Source of the DNA: a virus | Lineage: Duplodnaviria > Caudoviricetes | Strand: one strand, 5' to 3' | Length of the DNA stretch: 62,439 nucleotides | Virus record (IMG/VR): IMGVR_UViG_3300020045_001610 | Coordinates: 1 to 62,439 of that record | In this document: piece by piece, positions 24,995 to 35,912 of the stretch | Layout: each line of letters begins with the position of its first letter | Position numbering within the stretch: the stretch's first letter is position 1 | The notes under the pieces: generated by a model | Told to the model about the DNA's origin: nothing | The model's input: only the letters and a program-made list of their open reading frames with translations | The model's database searches: none | Program-made: the position numbers and the translations under genes

Positions 24995-27900
24995 TGGCTA
25001 GTAATGTTGAAGTAAATTTAATTGCTAAGACAAGTGATTTTGAAGATAAAATGACAAAGGCGACTAAGACTTTTGAAGCGTTAGCTTTTAAAGGTGCCGA
25101 TTCTAACAAAGCTTTGTCTAAGTCTTTTGAGCAATTAAATAAAATAGCGTCTAGCGAACTTTCAGATTTACAAAAAGCCTTTAATGCTTTGCAGGTAAAG
25201 GGTGATTTTGGTATTGGCGTTCAGAAAGATAAAATAGCGGAAGCTAAACGTTTTTACATACAGCAATTTAATGAAATTAGAAATAGTGCGGAAACAAGTG
25301 CTGCTGAAACAGAACGTGCTTGGACTGGTTTGAAAAATGCTTTTAGTAACATAAACAAAGCTAACGGGGTAGGTTCGTCAGGAGATTCTAATTTTAAAGT
25401 TCAGATGCAAGCGCAGCAAGAAGCGAATACGATGAACGATAAGTTTAACGATATGCGTTTGCGTTCGGATGCGAAGATGCACGAAGAAGCTTTGCGATTG
25501 AATCAAAAATTTAATGCTGAAAAATTGCAATCTGAAATTAAAATGCAAGAAGAGGCTTATCGCTTAAATGCTGAATTTAATGCTAGAAAAATAGCCAGCG
25601 ACAAGGCTCTTGCAATAGCAAAAATGAATGCATTAGGTGAAGCTTTCGTAAAAGAAAATGAAATGTTAGCAAACGCGTATCGAATGAATGCTGAGTTTGA
25701 CGCTAAAAAGATAGCAAACAACAGAGCTGCTGCCGTCGCCAAGATGAACGCACTTGGGGATGCGTTTGTAAAAGAAAATGAAATGTTAGCATCTGCTTAC
25801 AGGATGAACGCAGAATTTAATGCAAAGAAGATTTTGAATGATGAAACTTCGTTGCGTAAAATGACATTGCTCCACGCTGAAGCAAACGCAATGAACGCCA
25901 AGTTTAATGCAGGCGTTGGTGAAACAGCAGCCGCTGCTAAAGAGGTCGGTAACGGAATTAGTGGTTGGTCGCTCGCCTCAGTAATGGCAATAGCAAAAAT
26001 ACAAATTCTTTATTCTATAATTAACAACATTATGAGCGCAGTAGCTTCAACCCCAGGTGTTGCTGCAAAAGCCATTGAAGACTTTAACTCTGCTGCAATT
26101 ACCAACGCAGCCTTGATAACCTCAATGCAAGGTAACGTCGGAGATGTTGGTAAACGCTATCAGGAAAACAAAGTATATGCTTTGGCTGTTCAAGAAGTCC
26201 TTGTGAAGATGGATGCTGAAACATCAGCTTCTGCACAGAACCTTTCCGATATGAACAGGGCATTTATTGCTCAAGGGGTGATTCTTGACAGCAACAACAA
26301 AAAGCAAGTCGAAGGTTTTAAGAATACGGCAAATGCAATTGAAGCGTTAACTCACGGTAATAGCAATCAGGCAATGCAGTACACCCAAGAAGTAAAATCA
26401 ATGCTAAAGGGTGAAGACCGTGCAGGCAATCAGCTCTTTCAAGCATTAAATGGAATGGATAACGGGAAGCTGAAAGAGCATTTAGATGAATGGCAAAAGA
26501 TAGCCAAAGAAACTGGAAACTACGGTTATGTTCTTGAAAAAATAGGCCCAATGCTACAAGGCTTTGCTGCTGCTCAGGGTGATATTAACAACTTGTGGTC
26601 TACCACCAAATCAACAATGGCTACAATCCGTGATGATATATTGCGCGGTGGTCTGGCTCCTGCTTTTGCTGAGATAGTATCGGGTATGAAAGAAATCAGC
26701 AAATGGGCAGAAGATAACAAAGTTGCAATACGAGCATATTTACGTGACTCATTTAGAGATATAAAAATCGTAGTAACTACTATGTGGGAATTTAGAGATG
26801 CAATTAAAGCTGGTGCTGAACTCGCTCTTTGGGTTGGTATTGCTACCGGTATCGGTTCTGTAATTTTAAAATTGGAGGCTATGCGTACTTCAATCGTAGC
26901 AATAAATCTTGCCACCGGAAGTGGGTTTTTACCTAAACTTTTAGCGTTGGGCGGTGGTGCTGTAGTTGGTGTTGGAGGCATGATTGCAGGTGCTGGAATT
27001 ATTGGTAAAGGTTTATATGACGAAAGAACTGCGGCTGCTGAAGGTAGAAGTATAGCATCGCATTTAGGTAATACTCCTGAAGCAAATGCGTTGCAAAGCG
27101 GTCAGGCTATGATGTGGATGCGACAACAAAAAGGGCATGAAATGGATAGTGCCTTGAAGTTGCAGCAGTTGATTCAAAGTGGAGTTTTTAAAGCAATTGG
27201 TAAAAATGATGGCGGTGAAAACGATAGTCCTTACGATGCTTATACTGATTATCGTTTGACATTGGATAAAACCAAAGAAGCGTTGTTTAATTCAAAAATA
27301 AATGGGATCAAACCTCCAAAAAACTTAAAAACAGGAGGTGGGTCTGAAACGGAAAATGCTGATTACACAGACCGTTGGAATGCGTATGTTGATTCTTTAC
27401 GCTCTTTTGAAAATAAAGGTGAAGGTAACTCTTACGAAGGTCAAATAAAAAAGATAAGCGAAAGTCTTGACAATCTTAAAGCGGCGTATAACGGGTTGGA
27501 TTCTGCTCACAAAAAGCTTTCGGATAATTTACACGGTGGTAGTTCGATAAAATATTTTGAATCTTTAGCAAAAACGGCTAAAGACACGGCTTGGTATTTA
27601 AATAGCCAAAAAGAAACAACCGAAGGTTTGAATCAAGTTGCTTCAGAAAAAGCTTTGTTTAATATAAATAACATGAATGGTGATTTGTCAACAGATCGTT
27701 ATAAAGTAACACCTCTTTCTGAATATCGTCTAAGAACTAATAATACATACTCAATACCTCAAGATGGTAAAGATTTAGAAGCCGAAATTGAAGCTTCTAA
27801 GAAAATGCAACACATTAAAATTCAGTTAGATAGAGAATTACTTGCAACCAAACAATCGGAAGGCGATCAGCGACGCGCTCTTGAAGTGATTAGAATCAAC

Positions 27901-28593
27901 GACGAACTTGAAAATAAAATAACAGAAATAGAAGCAATTAAAAATCTGAATGGTGATTTAATTAGCGCCGAACAGCAGAAATGGGATTTGATGTTGCAAG
28001 CTGAAGAAGTTTATAACGCTAGAAAAAAACAACTTACCGAAACAAATTGGACTGCTGTTGGTAATATTGTTGGTGACAATCTTGGTAAAGTTGGTGATAT
28101 GTTGATGAAAGGCAACAAGGAGCAATTTGAAGCCGGTAAAAAGTTTGCAATAGCTTCGGCTATGATTAATACTTATATGGCTGCTTCTAGTGCTTTTGCA
28201 GGAGGCGTTAAGGCCGCACCTGGGCCTTGGGGTGTTGCTTTAGGTATAGCGTCTGCTGCTATTGCTGTAGCTGCGGGTATGACACAGGTTGCTGCAATAG
28301 ACTCACAACAATATCAAGCTAGAGAATTTGGTGGCCCAGTAACAGCAGGTCAGTCGTACATTGTTGGCGAAAAACGCCCTGAGCTGTTTACCCCAGGGGC
28401 GAGCGGCACAATTACCCCTTACGTTCCTCAAGGCGGTGGGGGTACAACTTCAATAACTCAAGTAATTCAAGTATCGACAGGGGTTGCTGATACAGTACGT
28501 TCGGAGATAGGTAAGATGCTCCCCATGCTTCGCGCTCAAGCTGTTTCGGCAGTTGCTCAAGCTCAACGTGGCGGTCAAATGCAGCTGGCTTAA
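24994..28593 (+). CDS. tape measure protein
   Basis: 1199 aa helical, 40-aa repeats, GGPV..G..YIVGEKRPELF C-terminus. Confidence 0.9.
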   Translation: MASNVEVNLIAKTSDFEDKMTKATKTFEALAFKGADSNKALSKSFEQLNKIASSELSDLQKAFNALQVKGDFGIGVQKDKIAEAKRFYIQQFNEIRNSAETSAAETERAWTGLKNAFSNINKANGVGSSGDSNFKVQMQAQQEANTMNDKFNDMRLRSDAKMHEEALRLNQKFNAEKLQSEIKMQEEAYRLNAEFNARKIASDKALAIAKMNALGEAFVKENEMLANAYRMNAEFDAKKIANNRAAAVAKMNALGDAFVKENEMLASAYRMNAEFNAKKILNDETSLRKMTLLHAEANAMNAKFNAGVGETAAAAKEVGNGISGWSLASVMAIAKIQILYSIINNIMSAVASTPGVAAKAIEDFNSAAITNAALITSMQGNVGDVGKRYQENKVYALAVQEVLVKMDAETSASAQNLSDMNRAFIAQGVILDSNNKKQVEGFKNTANAIEALTHGNSNQAMQYTQEVKSMLKGEDRAGNQLFQALNGMDNGKLKEHLDEWQKIAKETGNYGYVLEKIGPMLQGFAAAQGDINNLWSTTKSTMATIRDDILRGGLAPAFAEIVSGMKEISKWAEDNKVAIRAYLRDSFRDIKIVVTTMWEFRDAIKAGAELALWVGIATGIGSVILKLEAMRTSIVAINLATGSGFLPKLLALGGGAVVGVGGMIAGAGIIGKGLYDERTAAAEGRSIASHLGNTPEANALQSGQAMMWMRQQKGHEMDSALKLQQLIQSGVFKAIGKNDGGENDSPYDAYTDYRLTLDKTKEALFNSKINGIKPPKNLKTGGGSETENADYTDRWNAYVDSLRSFENKGEGNSYEGQIKKISESLDNLKAAYNGLDSAHKKLSDNLHGGSSIKYFESLAKTAKDTAWYLNSQKETTEGLNQVASEKALFNINNMNGDLSTDRYKVTPLSEYRLRTNNTYSIPQDGKDLEAEIEASKKMQHIKIQLDRELLATKQSEGDQRRALEVIRINDELENKITEIEAIKNLNGDLISAEQQKWDLMLQAEEVYNARKKQLTETNWTAVGNIVGDNLGKVGDMLMKGNKEQFEAGKKFAIASAMINTYMAASSAFAGGVKAAPGPWGVALGIASAAIAVAAGMTQVAAIDSQQYQAREFGGPVTAGQSYIVGEKRPELFTPGASGTITPYVPQGGGGTTSITQVIQVSTGVADTVRSEIGKMLPMLRAQAVSAVAQAQRGGQMQLA

Positions 28594-28621
28594 ACCGCTT
28601 GACAATTTGAATTAATCGTAG

Positions 28622-28633
28622 TATCTGAATATA
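28622..28633 (+). promoter_or_regulatory. TATCTGAATATA box 3
   Basis: 17 bp after TTGACA at 28599. Confidence 0.55.
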
Positions 28634-28652
28634 TAAAGTATTGAGGTAACAA

Positions 28653-29252
28653 ATGACAATTTCTGAGTTTCCTACAATAATCCCCAACTCTTGCGATTGG
28701 GGTCTTCAAGCAAACACTCAAAACTCGCGTTCGAGTTTGAACGGAGCTGTTCAAACCCTGGCACTACCTGGGGATATTTGGACAGGAACTTTAACCTTTA
28801 CAAATTTAAAAGATGCCGAAGCTCGCGTAATGAGAGCCTTTATAACCTCTCTTCGTGGGCAGAGTGGTCGTTTTTATCTCGTTCCTCCGTCATATACTAG
28901 AGCAGGCATAGGCACAGGCACGCCGCTTGTCAAAGGTGTTAATCAAACAGGTTCTAGCGTAGTAACGGACGGATGGACTGCCAATCAAACCGCAGCGGTA
29001 TGTGCTGGTGATTACATTACAATTAACGATGAATTGAAAATGGTAACTGTTGATGGAAATACAAATTCTTTAGGTGAAGTGACTATTTCATTTGTGCCTC
29101 CTATTCGTGTTTCTCCTGCCGATAATGAAGCTATATCAGTTGTTAATCCAACAGGTATTTTTATGTTGTCTGACGCAAAACAAGCTCGCTGGCAAGTACA
29201 ACCAACTCCTATTTACGCTATGAGTATTGCGGTTGAAGAGGCTTTGGTATGA
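28653..29252 (+). CDS. distal tail protein
   Basis: follows TMP; SLRGQSGRF, GDYITI. Confidence 0.75.
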   Translation: MTISEFPTIIPNSCDWGLQANTQNSRSSLNGAVQTLALPGDIWTGTLTFTNLKDAEARVMRAFITSLRGQSGRFYLVPPSYTRAGIGTGTPLVKGVNQTGSSVVTDGWTANQTAAVCAGDYITINDELKMVTVDGNTNSLGEVTISFVPPIRVSPADNEAISVVNPTGIFMLSDAKQARWQVQPTPIYAMSIAVEEALV

Positions 29253-29830
29253 GAAATCCCGAAGCCACAATAGCAGCTGCGATGATAGATACTGTAGTTC
29301 GAGGTATTTACTTTGTAAAATTAGCTTTCGATTCAGGAAATGCCTGCTGGCATTCAGGGTTTAATAATATTGAATTTAACGGAGATACTTACATCGGGGT
29401 AGGTACGTTATCTAACGTATCCCCTGCTAAAGAAGAGTCAGGAGTTAAAGCTTCAGGGGCGACTGTTGGTTTATCGGGTATTAAAGAAGAAATTGTTTCC
29501 TTACTTTTGAGTGAACCTTATCTTAATCGCAAAGCATATATTTACTTTGTACCGCTTAACGAAGAAGATATGCCCGTAGTCACATCCCCTTATTTATTGT
29601 TTAGAGGTAGTATAGACGACGTTAGCGGAATTATGGGCGAAAATGCTAGTTTTTCAGTACAACTTAAATCTCGTTTTGCAGATTGGGAACGTTATCGGAA
29701 ATTGCTTCTAACTGATATTGAACAACAACGTATTCACCCTGGGGATCGGGGTCTTGAATATATTTCCCAAATATCGCAAATGAAAATTATCTGGCCTAGG
29801 GCAGCTTTCCTGCCTGACGCAAGGGACTGA
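29249..29830 (+). CDS. tail tip protein
   Basis: YIGVG...LFRG..D...QQRIHPGD.GLEY. Confidence 0.75.
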   Translation: MRNPEATIAAAMIDTVVRGIYFVKLAFDSGNACWHSGFNNIEFNGDTYIGVGTLSNVSPAKEESGVKASGATVGLSGIKEEIVSLLLSEPYLNRKAYIYFVPLNEEDMPVVTSPYLLFRGSIDDVSGIMGENASFSVQLKSRFADWERYRKLLLTDIEQQRIHPGDRGLEYISQISQMKIIWPRAAFLPDARD

Positions 29831-29833
29831 CCT

Positions 29834-32800
29834 ATGGGGTTTCTTGATAAATTATGGGACGACATGACTCACGGTGGAGTTTTAAACGCCTTGGTCGGAA
29901 ACGCAGCAGACCCTCTCAATTCGGTTTCTCATGCTCTTGGGCTTAATTCTCAAGCTGATTATTTTTGGAAAAGTGTCACAGACCCCCATGCGATGCTTGG
30001 AATGGCTGCAAGTGATTGGAGCGCAATTAAACATTGGCTTGTTCCAGACATGCGCCGTGACCGTGAAGTTCAATCACAAGGCGCTACAACGGCTCGTAAC
30101 GTTATTTATGGCCGTACACGTGTGGGTAGTCAAATTGCTTACGCTGAATCTACCGGCGACAAAAATGAAATATTGCATTTAATTTTTGTTCACGCAGGCC
30201 ATGAAATTGACGGTTATGAAGAGTTTTATTTTGACGACAAGCTTGTAACGTCTGCTGCAACTTCTTGGGTAATTGCAGCACCGTATACAGGTAAGGTTGT
30301 TATTGAACAATTTGACGGTTCTCAAACGACAGCTTGTGCTTCTTTAATCGCCGCTTCAGCAGGCGGTTGGACTGCGGATCACAAACTTTTAGGTTTGGCT
30401 TATACTCATATAACGTTGACTTATGATGAAGCTGTATTTCCAGCAGGTCTACCTACAATAAAAACAGTAATTCGCGGCAAGCGAGTTCTTGATACCAGAA
30501 CCGGCGTTATTGCGTGGAGTGATAATCCGGCTTTATGTGAGCGTGACTATCTTTTCACTTCTGTTGACGAAGGTGGAATGGGGATTGAAGCCGAAGAGAT
30601 TGACGAGAATCAATGCATAGTCAAAGCCAACATTTGCGATCAATTAGTTGAAAGCAACATTGCGCTTGATGTGAATCACAATCCTGTAACGCCTGGGGTT
30701 AAATCTCTTTACAAGCCTGTAACATCCTCGCTTGAAAAAAGGTATACGCTGAACGGGGTGATTGTTCTTGACGGCTCTCCTGCCAGTTTTGTTCGTACAA
30801 TGCTTACGGCAAGCGCAGGCGATGCTGTTTATTCAGAAGGGCGTTGGAAGCTTTTTGCAGGCACTCCTGCTGCGTCGGTTGCTGACATTGACGAGTCGTG
30901 GTTAAACGGCGGTCTTTCGTTTCAAACAGGCGCTAATAAGAACGATAAAAACAATTCAGTTAAAGGTGTATTTACAAACTCTAACGATTATTGGGCAGAC
31001 ACTGAATTTCCTCCTGTTCCAATACTTATAAGTACGCCGCCGAACGCTTTATATTGGGATGTTTTAGCTACTCCGTTGCAATACAACGCCGATTCAACTT
31101 ATTTGCTTGGTGCTTATGTAACTTGGGTAAGTAAAGTTTATAAAGCAACTGCTGCTGTACCTGCAAATCACCCGCCTCCTGAAAATGGTTATTGGGTGCT
31201 TGTCGAAGCCCATGACAATTCGTTGGAATATCCTCCTTTGTATACCGTTCAAAGAGGCGGTGTTGTTTACAAATCTTCAATTACCGTTCCTGTAGCGCAT
31301 CCTTATTTAGCAGCTGACGGCGGTGAAATACTTGAAGCCAACTTAACGTTACCTTATACAATAACTTCGTCAGAAGCGCAACGTTTGGCTAAAATAGCTC
31401 TTGAAAAATCAAGACAAGCTTTTACTTTAGCGTATCCTTGTAATCATAAAGCTTTTAAGCTTGAAATCATGGATGTTGTGACGGTTTACAACAGCCTGTT
31501 AGGTATGGCTAAAAAGTTCAGGGTTATTGGATGGGAATTTTCTTTATTGGGAGGTACAAACCTTTCTTTAATTGAATATGACGATTCTATTTATAATTGG
31601 ATTCCAGGTGACAGTACGCCGGTCGTAGCTCCCATAATTACAAATTTACCCGATCCTTGGGTTGTCGCACCTCCCACTTCGTTTACAGCCACTGAAGTTC
31701 TTTACACTGGCGTTGCTGTTGCCAATACTAAAAGCAGACTTGATCTTTCATGGACTTCAGCGCAAGCTTCAGGTTCTTCTTATGACATTCTGCTCGACGG
31801 TGTTGTTGTAAAAAATACCACTGATACAGTTTATTCAATCAACGATTTAGCTCCTGGAACTTATACAGTTTCGGTACGCGCAAGAACTACTTTAGGAACT
31901 CTTTCATCTTGGGTGACTTTAAATAAAACTGTCGTCGGCCAATATGTACCTCCTGTAAACGTTGCTTCTTTTACAGCTTCTTTTGTGGGAAACCTTGTCA
32001 AACTTGCATGGATCCCTAATAGCGAAATTGATCTTGCGGGTTATGAAATTCGTACAGGTGTTTCCTGGGCTACCGGGACAGTTCTTCAAGCGGCTTTAAT
32101 GGGTAACGGATACACGTATAGACCAACTGCAAGCGGAGCTATTACCTTTTGGATAAAAGCGTTTGACACGGCGGGAAACGAATCCCTTGTTGCCTCTACA
32201 GCGAGCGCAACAGTTCCAACTGCTGACGTTCCAACTGCAATAAATACAGTTTCTCAATTCCTTGAAATTGATCTTGATATTACGTTTGACACAACTCGTC
32301 AAGATACACTCCAAGTAGAGATTCATGCTGCAACTACAAATAATCGTTCAGTGGCTTCGCAGATAGGTACTTCAAAAGAGAAACGCTGGAAACATCGTAA
32401 TTTAAATAACGGCGATACTTGGTATTACTGGACTAGAATAAATACTGTTTTTGGTGAAACAGGTTCTTGGTATCCTTCTGGTGTTAATTCAGGTGTAGTT
32501 GGGTCGGCTTTAAATGATCCTAAGAGAATGGTTCAGTTAATGAATCCTGACATTACTGACGCTAGTGTTGTTTCGTATCTAGCTGACAGCACTTCTCTGT
32601 TAAAACTATTAGACACAAGATCAATGCTTTTTGAACTCGGCGTTGTTGGCCCAGGTGTAACCGCCACTTACACCGATGCTTTAGCACAAGCAGCAAGTCA
32701 AATGAACGCTAACCAAACCTTACTTCAGTCCTTAAATAGTATTGTAGCGGGTTTGGTTGTTACTGAGTACGACAACGCGACGGCTTACACTGTGGGAATG

Positions 32801-34423
32801 ATTGTAGATTATTTAGGTCAAACGTATCAATGTATTTTACCATCTACAGGTAACTTGCCCACAAATACTACTTATTGGAGTCCTATTTCAGGGTTGTATG
32901 ATTTAGTTAACACAATTCAACAGAACTTGGATACGTTAAGCGGAACGTTTACCTCTACGGCTGCAACCTTAACTGCCGACATTGCAGACTTAGCAAATCC
33001 TACTGACGGTAGAGTTACCCTTGCTGAAACTACAATATCGCAGCACGGAACCGATATTACATTACAAGGTACGGCCATAACAGGCCCGTTAGCCTTTGTT
33101 GTAGGAGCTGTAACTGAATCAGGAGTGGTTGTTGAAACTGCTGAAGATGTTCAAGGACTTGACACAACAATAAGTTCAGAACGAATTAAGCTGGATTCGG
33201 CAAACGCTGCCATTTTAATCGAAGCTTTCAGGATTGACAACCTGACGGGCCGCACAACCGCCGCTGAAATAGCAATTGATGGTGCTAATGGGGCAATCTT
33301 GCTGAAGGCTTCCCAGACGGCACTGGACGCTCTGACGGGTACAGTTGCAACCAAGGCTGCACAAATAGATTTGGATTCGGCAAATGCTGCAATTTTGCTT
33401 CGCGCAACATCAACAGATTTGACTGCTGCAATTTTAGTTCAGTCGAACTTGATAGGAATGTCCTTAACTTCTCCTGGGGCAACTTACACGCCTGGAATGA
33501 CACTTACTTGGTCAGACGCTTCGCACACAAAAAGCTTACTGCGTGTGTCAACAGATTCATTTCAAGTCGGCAATATAGTTTCAACTGTTTATAGTGGAAC
33601 TCGCGCTTATTTGGTTGACGAACTTGTTACTTATTCGTCAAATACTTATCGTTGTATTTTGCCGTCAACTGGCAATGTTCCCACAAATACTACGTATTGG
33701 GTACTTGCTACAGGTTTGAATTACAGACCTGTGTTCTCTGTGGGTAACGTTAATGGTATTTCTGCTGTTGGTATAAGTGGGGATTTATTTATTGACGGTT
33801 CTGTGAGTGCGAATAGTTTGGTTGCTGACTCTGCTATGATTACGTTTCTGAATGCTAGGAACATTGTGGCGGGGTCTGTAGCTGCTGATTGGGTTTATGC
33901 GGGGAACATTGATGCGGGTAATATTACTTCAGGTGTTATTACAGGTAGGACTTTTCAAACTGCAAGTAGTGGTGAAAGATTTGTTGTAGACGTTTCAAGT
34001 AAAGCTGCTCATTTTTACGATTCAACTGGTGCTGGAAAGGTTTGGATTGGTACTGCGTCTAACGGCGGGTTAGATTGCTACGCGGTTTACGGGTCTATTT
34101 CAGATGTACGTAACGGGTTAATAGGATTGTCGTATGGCGCTAGTGGGCTTATGGGCGCTAGCGTGGTAGGCGTTGGGGTAAAAGGTGTAGCCACAACAGG
34201 GCTTGGTGTTTATGGAACCTCCACCAGTGGTTCTGGTGTCTTTGGGTATTCGTTATCTGGGTACGGTGGTGAGTTTAATGGCGCTAAGGCTCCATTAAGA
34301 ATACAACCTTCTGTAGACAGTACAGCGCCTACTCACTCAGCCGATACAGGCGCAATATGGGTATCTTCAATCGGCAATTTCTACGGGTGCCGAGGTGGAA
34401 CCGATTGGGTTCTTTTAAATTAA
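29834..34423 (+). CDS. central tail fiber / host specificity protein (J-like)
   Basis: IYGRTRVG, WSDNPALC, FN3-like domains, DLAGYEIR. Confidence 0.88.
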   Translation: MGFLDKLWDDMTHGGVLNALVGNAADPLNSVSHALGLNSQADYFWKSVTDPHAMLGMAASDWSAIKHWLVPDMRRDREVQSQGATTARNVIYGRTRVGSQIAYAESTGDKNEILHLIFVHAGHEIDGYEEFYFDDKLVTSAATSWVIAAPYTGKVVIEQFDGSQTTACASLIAASAGGWTADHKLLGLAYTHITLTYDEAVFPAGLPTIKTVIRGKRVLDTRTGVIAWSDNPALCERDYLFTSVDEGGMGIEAEEIDENQCIVKANICDQLVESNIALDVNHNPVTPGVKSLYKPVTSSLEKRYTLNGVIVLDGSPASFVRTMLTASAGDAVYSEGRWKLFAGTPAASVADIDESWLNGGLSFQTGANKNDKNNSVKGVFTNSNDYWADTEFPPVPILISTPPNALYWDVLATPLQYNADSTYLLGAYVTWVSKVYKATAAVPANHPPPENGYWVLVEAHDNSLEYPPLYTVQRGGVVYKSSITVPVAHPYLAADGGEILEANLTLPYTITSSEAQRLAKIALEKSRQAFTLAYPCNHKAFKLEIMDVVTVYNSLLGMAKKFRVIGWEFSLLGGTNLSLIEYDDSIYNWIPGDSTPVVAPIITNLPDPWVVAPPTSFTATEVLYTGVAVANTKSRLDLSWTSAQASGSSYDILLDGVVVKNTTDTVYSINDLAPGTYTVSVRARTTLGTLSSWVTLNKTVVGQYVPPVNVASFTASFVGNLVKLAWIPNSEIDLAGYEIRTGVSWATGTVLQAALMGNGYTYRPTASGAITFWIKAFDTAGNESLVASTASATVPTADVPTAINTVSQFLEIDLDITFDTTRQDTLQVEIHAATTNNRSVASQIGTSKEKRWKHRNLNNGDTWYYWTRINTVFGETGSWYPSGVNSGVVGSALNDPKRMVQLMNPDITDASVVSYLADSTSLLKLLDTRSMLFELGVVGPGVTATYTDALAQAASQMNANQTLLQSLNSIVAGLVVTEYDNATAYTVGMIVDYLGQTYQCILPSTGNLPTNTTYWSPISGLYDLVNTIQQNLDTLSGTFTSTAATLTADIADLANPTDGRVTLAETTISQHGTDITLQGTAITGPLAFVVGAVTESGVVVETAEDVQGLDTTISSERIKLDSANAAILIEAFRIDNLTGRTTAAEIAIDGANGAILLKASQTALDALTGTVATKAAQIDLDSANAAILLRATSTDLTAAILVQSNLIGMSLTSPGATYTPGMTLTWSDASHTKSLLRVSTDSFQVGNIVSTVYSGTRAYLVDELVTYSSNTYRCILPSTGNVPTNTTYWVLATGLNYRPVFSVGNVNGISAVGISGDLFIDGSVSANSLVADSAMITFLNARNIVAGSVAADWVYAGNIDAGNITSGVITGRTFQTASSGERFVVDVSSKAAHFYDSTGAGKVWIGTASNGGLDCYAVYGSISDVRNGLIGLSYGASGLMGASVVGVGVKGVATTGLGVYGTSTSGSGVFGYSLSGYGGEFNGAKAPLRIQPSVDSTAPTHSADTGAIWVSSIGNFYGCRGGTDWVLLN

Positions 34424-34749
34424 TTTACAGCGGGAATTTTATAAAAATGTTCAAAAGTAATTGAAGACATTTTATAATTGGAGTTATTTATAGCACAGCT
34501 TATTTGGTTCCAAGTGCCTATAAATTTTATAGTTGCAAAACCCTCTGAACCAGGTTCGTTTAAAAAGGCATAAATAAAATCATTTCCACAATCTTTAACT
34601 GAGGTTGGAAGCACTACGCTTTCAATTAAAGCTTTTACTAGAATTAAATCGGTTTCGTTAAAATTAAATTCTGGGCTTTTTTCAACATAATTCGGATCAC
34701 CACAACCAACAAGCAAAGCACAAACAACAAGAACAATTAAAACTTTCAT
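34420..34749 (-). CDS. lipoprotein, candidate superinfection exclusion
   Basis: lipobox LVGC; own promoter TTGACA-16-TATATT (34810-34783). Confidence 0.65.
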   Translation of the reverse strand: MKVLIVLVVCALLVGCGDPNYVEKSPEFNFNETDLILVKALIESVVLPTSVKDCGNDFIYAFLNEPGSEGFATIKFIGTWNQISCAINNSNYKMSSITFEHFYKIPAVN

Positions 34750-34820
34750 AAAACACCTCTCAATAATTTAATTTGTAAGTTCAATATAAACCTTAAATTT
34801 TAAATGTCAAGGAGAAAACA

Positions 34821-35885
34821 ATGTCAACTAAAATAATTACCGTAAGTGCAACCCCACCAAGCGAATCTTCAGGCGCAGACTACAACAAAGGCGCTCCGTT
34901 AAATGCTGTTGAGTTCGATCAGAACTTAGTTAATTTTAAAGCTGCTATTGATGGAAAAATGCCCCTCACCGGCACTGCTGGTGCTGTTGCGTTCGGGGCG
35001 GTGACGGCAACTAGTGGCGTATTTGGGAGTGGGACAAACACAGTGCAACTTGGGCCTAAAACGGTCCTGTTTTACAATACTGGTACAAGTGATGGCCTGA
35101 TCCAATCTGCCGATGATTCGTCTATTTTTACCAACTTTTCTATCAACAAAACTAAGACAGCCTTATTTGCTAATAATATTGAAGTTATGCGGGTGCAGGC
35201 TGGCAACGTCCTCATAGGCACAACAGATTCACTTACGTCTTCTAAACTAGATATTAAATCAGATATCCCACTTGGACTGGTTAGCAGTGCTTTTGTTTCT
35301 GGTGTATCGGGTGCTTCATTGCACACCTTCTTTGGCGGCTCCGGTGCTACAGCTTACGCTCAAATATCTGCTCTGTCAGGCGGGACTCTAGCCGCCGGTA
35401 CGCTTAGTTTGCAGCCGTATGGCCAAGCCCTAATTGGCAGCACAGTATCAGCAACGGGCGGCGTGGCTAAATGTGAGATAAATGGTGGGTTGTATGTTGG
35501 GGGGAATATGTCACTGACAAACACATCTAATGTTTTTATGCACATGACTCCTGCAAGTGGAGCAGGGGTTTATTTTTCTAATGATAGAGTGGGGAGTTCC
35601 TATACATTTCGCACATCAGTCAGCGCCGCAGGCGACAGAGATGCTTTGGTTATTTCCTCCACTGGCCTCTCCGTAACTGGTGGGATAAGTGCGAGTGGCG
35701 TAGTGCTAATTAACACCTTGTCTGATAACGGGACGGGGGCAGAACTACAAGTAAATGGGCCAATATCTATAGGATGGGCTGATAGCGATCCTTCGGGCGG
35801 AAACGGCACAATATATTATGACTCCGCAAATGACAGATTGAGAGCATTTGTTGCAGGGGCGTGGAAAACAATTACTGTTTCGTAA
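34821..35885 (+). CDS. side tail fiber / receptor-binding protein
   Basis: KGAPL..EFDQN N-terminus; GNVLIGT-type repeats. Confidence 0.75.
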   Translation: MSTKIITVSATPPSESSGADYNKGAPLNAVEFDQNLVNFKAAIDGKMPLTGTAGAVAFGAVTATSGVFGSGTNTVQLGPKTVLFYNTGTSDGLIQSADDSSIFTNFSINKTKTALFANNIEVMRVQAGNVLIGTTDSLTSSKLDIKSDIPLGLVSSAFVSGVSGASLHTFFGGSGATAYAQISALSGGTLAAGTLSLQPYGQALIGSTVSATGGVAKCEINGGLYVGGNMSLTNTSNVFMHMTPASGAGVYFSNDRVGSSYTFRTSVSAAGDRDALVISSTGLSVTGGISASGVVLINTLSDNGTGAELQVNGPISIGWADSDPSGGNGTIYYDSANDRLRAFVAGAWKTITVS

Positions 35886-35912
35886 TACTTAAACATTAAA
35901 GGAGAAAACAAA

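Noticed and set aside
25555-25835. 120-bp repeats in tape measure gene
   Set aside because: ordinary tape-measure periodicity
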